Below the pieces are notes generated by a model. It was not told where the DNA came from. It saw only the letters and a list, made by a program, of their open reading frames with translations, and did not search any database. From Candidatus Bathyarchaeota archaeon (GTDB lineage: Archaea; Thermoproteota; Bathyarchaeia; TCS64), in the NCBI GenBank assembly GCA_043826455.1, contig JBDRQD010000021.1:1-64000 (forward strand): a DNA stretch of 64,000 bases, written 5' to 3'. How positions within the stretch are numbered: position 1 is the stretch's first letter; each line of letters opens with the position of its first letter. The position numbers and the translations under genes are program-made. Positions 58,286 to 64,000 of this stretch are shown here, in pieces.

Positions 58286-58503
58286 TAAGCCTCAGCCGCC
58301 TGTTCCTGTGTGACTATGGTGATCTCGGTGGCTTCCTTACCCTTAGGGGTCTCGATGACCTTGAACTCTACCTCTGTGTTCACTTCCGGTATGGATGTGA
58401 CCGGGTAGTTGGATGAGTGGAAGAAGATGTCGTCTTTACTATCCTCAATCTCTATGAACCCGTATCCTTTATACGAAAAATACTTCGCTATTTTTCCTTT
58501 CAT
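58285..58503 (-). CDS. Cold-shock domain protein
   Basis: MKGKI.K.F..KGYGFI (RNP1), DIFFH (RNP2), VEF......KG..A; start ATG 58503. Confidence 0.92.
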   Translation of the reverse strand: MKGKIAKYFSYKGYGFIEIEDSKDDIFFHSSNYPVTSIPEVNTEVEFKVIETPKGKEATEITIVTQEQAAEA

Positions 58504-58697
58504 ATAAAAACACTTGCACATATACGGGGGACACAGGTTATATGTCTTATGTTTTCACTGGAAAAGTCTAAAAATTTTAAAAATATTTATTTTACCGCCA
58601 AAAATATTCTTTCGGCGTGCTTAATGAAGGATATTTTTTCGATGAGAAAAGTATTTTGCCTTAATCGAGTCTCACATGAAGGCGCCACGGAGGGGCG

Positions 58698-59012
58698 CTA
58701 GGTGAATAGCCGCTTCTCCAGGCCCCGCTTCTCCTTGAACAGCTCGTCCAGGCGGGACGTGTACTCTCTAAGCTTCACCCTGTAGGCGTCCTTGACCTTC
58801 TCCTGGTCTTCGCTGTGCTTCCTGACGACGATGGTTTTAGTCATGTCCGTGGGTGACCTGACCCTGATGTTGCGGCTCCCGGTTCTGGATGAGTCCAGGA
58901 TGTCCAGGTTTCTCTTTATGCGTCTGTACTCGGTGTCAGTGTTGATGTCCTTCAGCTCTTCCTCTATCTGCATTATCCTGTTTAGTATGGTTCTTCGCGT
59001 GGGGCTCATCAA
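58698..59012 (-). CDS. Hypothetical coiled-coil protein
   Basis: Charged helical ORF with typical codon usage. Confidence 0.7.
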   Translation of the reverse strand: MMSPTRRTILNRIMQIEEELKDINTDTEYRRIKRNLDILDSSRTGSRNIRVRSPTDMTKTIVVRKHSEDQEKVKDAYRVKLREYTSRLDELFKEKRGLEKRLFT

Positions 59013-59126
59013 TTATTAATGGTGTTTGAACCTAATATACCTCCCTATTGTGTGTCAGCTTTAGACTAGCGCTTTTGATGTTTTTTATACAATAAAAGGG
59101 GAGGGGTTTGTTTTCATCTGGTTTTT

Positions 59127-59390
59127 TTATGGTGCTATGACGAAGTGGGTGCGGGTGTCCGTGATGAACCCCAGGGCCTCTGAAAGGTCGTTCTGCATCA
59201 TGGCGTTCTCGTAGTCCTTCACGTCTCCCTTCATGAGGTAGACTATGCCCTCCGTTGTGCCGAAGGGGTGGCCCCAGAACACCAGCTCCATCTTGTATTT
59301 TTTCAGTATCTTGCCCACTTTCTCGAACTTCTTGGGCAGGTCACCGGGCTGGACCAGCTTCGCGTAAGATATGTAGTACTTAAACTCCAT
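59127..59390 (-). CDS. Small alpha/beta protein, paralog 1 (possibly GYD/ferredoxin-like fold)
   Basis: AAGGAG RBS; shares KK....L...G.PFG..E pattern with 61450..61743. Confidence 0.8.
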   Translation of the reverse strand: MEFKYYISYAKLVQPGDLPKKFEKVGKILKKYKMELVFWGHPFGTTEGIVYLMKGDVKDYENAMMQNDLSEALGFITDTRTHFVIAP

Positions 59391-59405
59391 TTTGGTCTCC
59401 TTCTC

Positions 59406-59437
59406 GGTTCCACTGAGCGTTTGCTGAAAGTAGAACC
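59406..59437 (-). promoter_or_regulatory. Putative 5'-UTR RNA hairpin, copy 1
   Basis: GGUUCUACU-UUC-AGC-AAAC-GCU-C-AGUGGAACC directly 5' of the SD. Confidence 0.65.
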
Positions 59438-59558
59438 TGTCGAATATTGCCCAAAAATACTATTAATATTTTTTGCCAAAAACCGGTATTTTCACAAAAT
59501 TTGCGTTGCATCTAGTTTACAATGTACAGCGGCCTCTCACCGTTGTGGAATCTCTTCA

Positions 59559-60362
59559 TTAAGTTGGGGTCCACTCGTAGCCTACCATCTTGCAGGAGTC
59601 CTGGAACCCCAGCCTCCTGTACACGCTGTAACCCATCCTTGTTGAGTGCAGTATCCCGAAACGGTAGCCCTCCTTCTCAGCCTCTTTGAAAGGGTAGACG
59701 GTCATGTAGGAGCCCACACCCTTCCCCCGGGCCTCAGGGAGCGTGGCGACCATGTATAGCCCCGCGACGCCGTCCGAGAGGAGGATTGTGGAGGTGGCCA
59801 CTGGCTCGCCGTCCATGTGCCCGATGTAGTGGCGGAGGCTGTCGTCCACCCCCATTTTTATCATCATCCTTGTCCAGTCCCCGGCTATGCTGTCGGGTAG
59901 AGGGTATCCCCTGATCATTATGTCGCAGTATAGCTCAAGCCGGTCACGCCCCTCAACCCTCTCTACATCAAGGCCCTCTGGGATACCAGTCAATTTTATC
60001 TGGCTTAGCTCGGCAGCCATACCAGGGGTATCGTCACGTTTCATCCCGGCGTTTTCCAGGCGGGCAACAAGGTCGTGTGGAGTGTCCTTTGGTGAGGTCA
60101 TCCACGTGAACCCTTTTCCTCGTGAGGAGTAGAGGGAGATCATCTCCCGGATTCTCCGGTCAGCTTTTTCGGGTGTCAGGCGGGTCCGTATGACCCTGTT
60201 GAACATGGAGATGTCGAAGTCGGTGATCGTGTAGGTCAAGTCACGTGTCTGGGTTAGCTCCCAGTTGGAGGTTGTAACCATTCTTTTAATTAGACTGCGG
60301 AAGTTTTCACGTACGGCATCCGCAAGTTGTTCCTCTGAGGGGTTTCGTAGAATCTTGGACAT
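59559..60362 (-). CDS. GNAT family N-acetyltransferase
   Basis: VATLPEARGKGVG, LHST.MG..VY.RLGF. Confidence 0.92.
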   Translation of the reverse strand: MSKILRNPSEEQLADAVRENFRSLIKRMVTTSNWELTQTRDLTYTITDFDISMFNRVIRTRLTPEKADRRIREMISLYSSRGKGFTWMTSPKDTPHDLVARLENAGMKRDDTPGMAAELSQIKLTGIPEGLDVERVEGRDRLELYCDIMIRGYPLPDSIAGDWTRMMIKMGVDDSLRHYIGHMDGEPVATSTILLSDGVAGLYMVATLPEARGKGVGSYMTVYPFKEAEKEGYRFGILHSTRMGYSVYRRLGFQDSCKMVGYEWTPT

Positions 60363-60433
60363 GGTACATTCACCTTAAAGTTGAGTAACAGGTACGTCTC
60401 CCAGCCTCGTACCCTCTACCACCCGTCCTGATC

Positions 60434-61237
60434 TCAGCCCAGACACTTCCGTCTTTCCCTGGTTCGTTCAACTTCCTCCAGGAAGCTGAGCACATGGGGT
60501 AGAACCAGGTCGACTCTATCGAAAGCGTCACCGTGGTCTAACCCGGGTAAGGATACAAGTCTGGCGTTGGGCATTATCTCTGCGCACTTCTTCGCCCCAG
60601 GGTAGTAGTAGTCCTTGTCTCCGCAGTAGAGCAATGTGGGCGTAGTGACCTTGGGGAGAAACTCCTCGTACCCTAGGCGCTCGTTGAGTTTAATGATGTC
60701 GGTGACGGCAGCTGTGTCCAGCTCCATGAAATGTCTTCGCTCCTGCTCTGAAAGGCCCCCTCCAATCGTCTCCTCCATCTCCTTGATGATGGCCTCATTG
60801 CCCTTGCTGAAGAACGTGATCATCTCTTTCCGCCTATTCTTACTGGCCTCGGTGTCCCACTCGTCGGCACCCATTCCCCCGATTATCAGGGCGCTGAACC
60901 TGTCTGGGGCGTACTTCCCAGTGGCTAGACCCACCCTGCCTCCCAGCGAGAAGCCCCAGAAGTGGGCCTTCTCGTAGCCGAGGTGGTCGAGCACGGCCAC
61001 CGCGTCACCCACCATCTTCTTCATGGAGTAATCTTCCGGCTTGTGCGGCTTGCTGCTCTTTCCGTGGCCTCTGGCGTTCAGGAGTATGAGTTCATGTTTC
61101 TCTTTCAGTGGCTCAATGTAGCCGGCTGCCCTCCAGCTTCCAGGATACCCGGATAAACCGTGGTGAATCATGAGGGGATATCCCTCCCCCTCTACGCTGT
61201 AGTATATCTTAACGTCCTCATTCCGTGCGAACGGCAT
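60434..61237 (-). CDS. Alpha/beta hydrolase
   Basis: HHG, RGHG.S, GFSLGG nucleophile elbow, G.KD, GLDH. Confidence 0.92.
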   Translation of the reverse strand: MPFARNEDVKIYYSVEGEGYPLMIHHGLSGYPGSWRAAGYIEPLKEKHELILLNARGHGKSSKPHKPEDYSMKKMVGDAVAVLDHLGYEKAHFWGFSLGGRVGLATGKYAPDRFSALIIGGMGADEWDTEASKNRRKEMITFFSKGNEAIIKEMEETIGGGLSEQERRHFMELDTAAVTDIIKLNERLGYEEFLPKVTTPTLLYCGDKDYYYPGAKKCAEIMPNARLVSLPGLDHGDAFDRVDLVLPHVLSFLEEVERTRERRKCLG

Positions 61238-61403
61238 CTACAAACTCATCTCCTAAATCTTTTTAAGCCCTATTTCTAGTTATTTTATATTAATATTAAT
61301 ATTTACTGAGTGAAAAAATATAATTTCAGTGCAATACAATAATTTTAACTAAATCCGATGCCTGAAGATAAACCCTTAAATCGGCAACAAACCAACTTCC
61401 ATT

Positions 61404-61436
61404 TAGGTTCTGCTCACATAAAATGGTCAGAGCCTA
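61404..61436 (+). promoter_or_regulatory. Putative 5'-UTR RNA hairpin, copy 2
   Basis: UAGGUUCUG-CUCA-CAU-AAA-AUG-GU-CAGAGCCUA directly 5' of the SD. Confidence 0.65.
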
Positions 61437-61449
61437 GAAGGTGCATCAA

Positions 61450-61743
61450 GTGACCAAAGCACTGTACATATGCTTCGTGAAGTGGTCCATAGACGCCTAC
61501 AAGAAGTGGGGCGCCGACCCCGAGTACTTCAACAAGAACTGGATGCCCAAACACGACGAACTCATGAAGAAGCACAGCCTCAAGCTAGCCTACAACGGCA
61601 CACCCTTCGGGCTACCCGAGGACGCCTGCATGGTGTACGAGGGCGGCTCCGACGTGGACAAGTACAAGCAGTTCAGGCAAGCCGTCGCAGCCATAGCCCC
61701 GGGCATACTGGACTCAGCCAACACGATCATCGTCTCGCTGTGA
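61450..61743 (+). CDS. Small alpha/beta protein, paralog 2 (possibly GYD/ferredoxin-like fold)
   Basis: AAGGTG RBS, GTG start 61450; KKHSLKL..NGTPFGLPE. Confidence 0.8.
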   Translation: MTKALYICFVKWSIDAYKKWGADPEYFNKNWMPKHDELMKKHSLKLAYNGTPFGLPEDACMVYEGGSDVDKYKQFRQAVAAIAPGILDSANTIIVSL

Positions 61744-61793
61744 AACGCGGGACACACCCACCCCTTTTTTATCACTCAACCCAACAAGGTACC

Positions 61794-62510
61794 ATGCCAA
61801 GGTGTGTCCTCATCATCCAGAATGACCCGCCAGAGACCCTGGGCCTCTACGAGACGTACCTCCGCGAGAAGGCCCAGGTCACCCTCATCCAAGCCTACAA
61901 CATGAAGCCCCAGGAGCAGTTCCCTCCGACAGACGATTTCGACGTCTTCATCATCGGCCCTACACCCATCTCCGCCAACGACGCCCAGAAACATGGGTTC
62001 CTACGTAAAGAGTGGGGCTACCTACAGCAGATCATCGACTCAGGTAAACCGACGCTAGGTGTCTGCTGCGGAGGCCAGATGCTCGCCAGGCTCCAGGGCG
62101 GAGAGGTACACCGCAGCCCCAGCAAGGAGATAGGCGGCTACACCGTAGCGCTCACGGACCACGGCCTCAGGGACCCCCTCTTCCGCGGCTTCCCCGCCAA
62201 CTTCCCCGTATTCCACTGGCACCAGGACATGTTCACGGTCCCCCCCGGAGGACAACTCCTAGCCACAGGCACCCCCTGCACCATCCAGGCCTACGCCAAG
62301 GACAACATCCGAGGCCTCATCTTCCACCTGGAGATCACCCACAGTGACGCCGAGCGCTGGGCAGACGCCTACCCAGAAGAGCCCGCAGCCATAGGTAAAA
62401 CCCGGGAACAAGCCCTGGAAGAGTGCCGAGAAGCCGAGCCGGAGATGAGGCGACTTGCAGAGAGACTCGTAGACAACCTACTAGCCATCCCCCCACTCAA
62501 ACCACGATAA
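61794..62510 (+). CDS. Type 1 glutamine amidotransferase-like protein
   Basis: P.LGVCCGGQ, EIG, FHWHQD.F, FHLE triad; start ATG 61794. Confidence 0.9.
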   Translation: MPRCVLIIQNDPPETLGLYETYLREKAQVTLIQAYNMKPQEQFPPTDDFDVFIIGPTPISANDAQKHGFLRKEWGYLQQIIDSGKPTLGVCCGGQMLARLQGGEVHRSPSKEIGGYTVALTDHGLRDPLFRGFPANFPVFHWHQDMFTVPPGGQLLATGTPCTIQAYAKDNIRGLIFHLEITHSDAERWADAYPEEPAAIGKTREQALEECREAEPEMRRLAERLVDNLLAIPPLKPR

Positions 62511-62600
62511 AAATCACTAAACGCGCAGCCATTGTAATCGACCACCTAACACACCACTGTGAGACACTGGCTAAAGGAGAAGACAGGGTCACCTCAACCA

Positions 62601-62720
62601 GGATTTAGCTAAATGCAACTCGAAAAAATATCACATTCTTCCACACAGCTGTCATCAACCCCCCTAAAATCGACAATTCCCAGCCACCAGGTACAAACCC
62701 TGGAACCCCAAGGAACAACC
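62601..62720. repeat. Dispersed non-coding repeat, copy B
   Basis: Same blocks and orientation as 35243..35390. Confidence 0.8.
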
Positions 62721-62736
62721 CCCATATTTCACGTAA

Positions 62737-62958
62737 CTATAAGCCACCTGTAACGAGGCCAGCCTGAGTCCACTCCTCGCACTCCCGCAACATGATCACA
62801 GACTCCACATACCCCAGCCGCTCACAGTAGCAGAACTCCCCCAGGTCAAACCCCACCCGCTCCAAGGCGTTCACGATCTCCTTGTTCTCCTGACCCAGCC
62901 CCAGACGCACCTCCCCCTCAATTACCCTGGCGTGAGCACAGCCCCCACAGGTAACCAT
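62737..62958 (-). CDS. 73-aa Cys-rich hypothetical protein
   Basis: MVTCGGCAH...FCYCERL...RECEEW; trimmed to ATG 62958 so it does not overlap the HAD gene. Confidence 0.55.
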   Translation of the reverse strand: MVTCGGCAHARVIEGEVRLGLGQENKEIVNALERVGFDLGEFCYCERLGYVESVIMLRECEEWTQAGLVTGGL

Positions 62959-63046
62959 CAACAAAACCAACGCCCCCCACCATATCAGCGTTAGGGCAAA
63001 CAATAAAAACAGAGCCACCCCAGATACCCAGAAAGAGGCACCCCGC

Positions 63047-63730
63047 ATGACCATCAAAGGAATAGTCTTCGACCTCGACAGCACCCTCGTAGACAGCCAC
63101 GTAGACTTCGCCAAGATGAAGCAGAAGATCATCCACTACCTGGAGGAGAACGGCCACCCGAAGGCCGCCCTCAGCCCCACGACCCAGACCACCGTCCAGA
63201 TCATGGAGGAAGCAGAGAAAAACTGGGCCAAACAAGGAAAAACAGAGCAACAGAAACAGCGCATGAGAGACAAGACAACAGAGTACATGGACCAAGGCGA
63301 ACTGGAGGCCATCGAGACCCTAACAGAGATACCCGGCGCAAAACAAGCCGCAGAGCAGCTCAAAGCCCAAGGCTACCAGCTCGCCATCCTCACCAGAAGC
63401 CACAACCAGTACGCAGTAAAAGCCCTGGAGAAGACAGGCATGACTCACCTATTCAACCCCGTCCTCGGCCGAGGAGAGACACCCCAACCCAAACCCTACA
63501 AGGAAGCCCTGGAGCACACCGTTAAAATCATGGGCCTCAGCATCGACGAGGTCATCATGATCGGAGACCACCAGATAGACCGCGACAGCGCCACCAACAG
63601 CGGCTGCCCCTTCATAGGAGTCGCCACAGGCCACAGGGGCCTCAAGAGCTGGGCCGACGAGAAGCCCCCTGCCGTTCTCCTAGGAAGCGTTTCCGAGCTA
63701 CCAGCCTACATCCAGAAGAACCGCACGTAA
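63047..63730 (+). CDS. HAD-superfamily phosphatase
   Basis: FDLDSTLVD, ILTR, PKP, MIGD. Confidence 0.9.
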   Translation: MTIKGIVFDLDSTLVDSHVDFAKMKQKIIHYLEENGHPKAALSPTTQTTVQIMEEAEKNWAKQGKTEQQKQRMRDKTTEYMDQGELEAIETLTEIPGAKQAAEQLKAQGYQLAILTRSHNQYAVKALEKTGMTHLFNPVLGRGETPQPKPYKEALEHTVKIMGLSIDEVIMIGDHQIDRDSATNSGCPFIGVATGHRGLKSWADEKPPAVLLGSVSELPAYIQKNRT

Positions 63731-63805
63731 AAAGAAAGCCTTTTTATCCCAACCAAGACCCCTATACAACAAATCCCGGACAAAACCACGCCCGGAGATG
63801 TCTAC

Positions 63806-64000
63806 TTGAGCCCGATAAAAGATGAGTACAAGAAGAAACTCGACCAAGCCATGTCCATACTCAACATGATCGCCGACGACAACACCACCCCCCGCAACAT
63901 CAGGCGCACCGCCAAGCAGGCCGCCGACATGCTACTAGACGAGAGCATCAGCGTCGCGGCCAGAGCAGCCAACGCCATAGCCATCCTGGAGGACATAAGC
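63806..64000 (+). CDS. UPF0147 family protein (partial, 3'-truncated)
   Basis: Own translation MSPIKDEYKKKLDQAMSILNMIADDNTTPRNIRRTAKQAADML...ARAANAIAILEDIS; D...PRNIRR signature. Confidence 0.88.
   Translation, partial: MSPIKDEYKKKLDQAMSILNMIADDNTTPRNIRRTAKQAADMLLDESISVAARAANAIAILEDIS

Noticed and set aside
58552..58565. ORB-like box suggesting a replication origin
   Set aside because: Single imperfect match, no G-string, no repeated ORBs and no cdc6/orc1 gene in the window
874..63996. Numerous long antisense or alternate-frame ORFs inside called genes
   Set aside because: Expected shadow ORFs in GC-rich coding DNA; no recognisable motifs
1..64000. CRISPR array, integrase, transposase or provirus
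   Set aside because: No regularly spaced repeats, recombinase or transposase motifs seen, and no duplicated tRNA 3' ends (att sites) near the three tRNAs

Overview
Gene-dense, mostly GC-rich archaeal chromosomal segment. It encodes eS17, eS30, NOB1, a proteasome beta subunit, XPB/Bax1, PUA/DUF1947, UPF0147 and an arcadin-1-like protein, which together point to a TACK archaeon, most plausibly Bathyarchaeia (inference, no search run). There are about 70 CDS (housekeeping, redox/Fe-S, peptide/amino-acid catabolism) and three intron-less tRNAs (Val-GAC, Phe-GAA, Ala-CGC). I saw no CRISPR array, integrase or transposase. Several probable genes are missing from the ORF track: eS30, a 47-aa Cys-rich protein ending the tusA-iscS-iscU cluster, a 59-aa wHTH protein and two edge-truncated CDS. 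Most interesting: (1) a covarying ~33-nt 5'-leader hairpin in front of two paralogous small alpha/beta proteins, a candidate new cis-regulatory RNA system; (2) a cold-shock protein translationally coupled to ribosomal protein eS30, next to a DEAD-box helicase; (3) a Bax1 that lacks its nuclease domain; (4) a proline-racemase-fold enzyme with a rewired active site; (5) an arcadin-1 homolog with no crenactin nearby. All family calls come from recognising motifs by eye.
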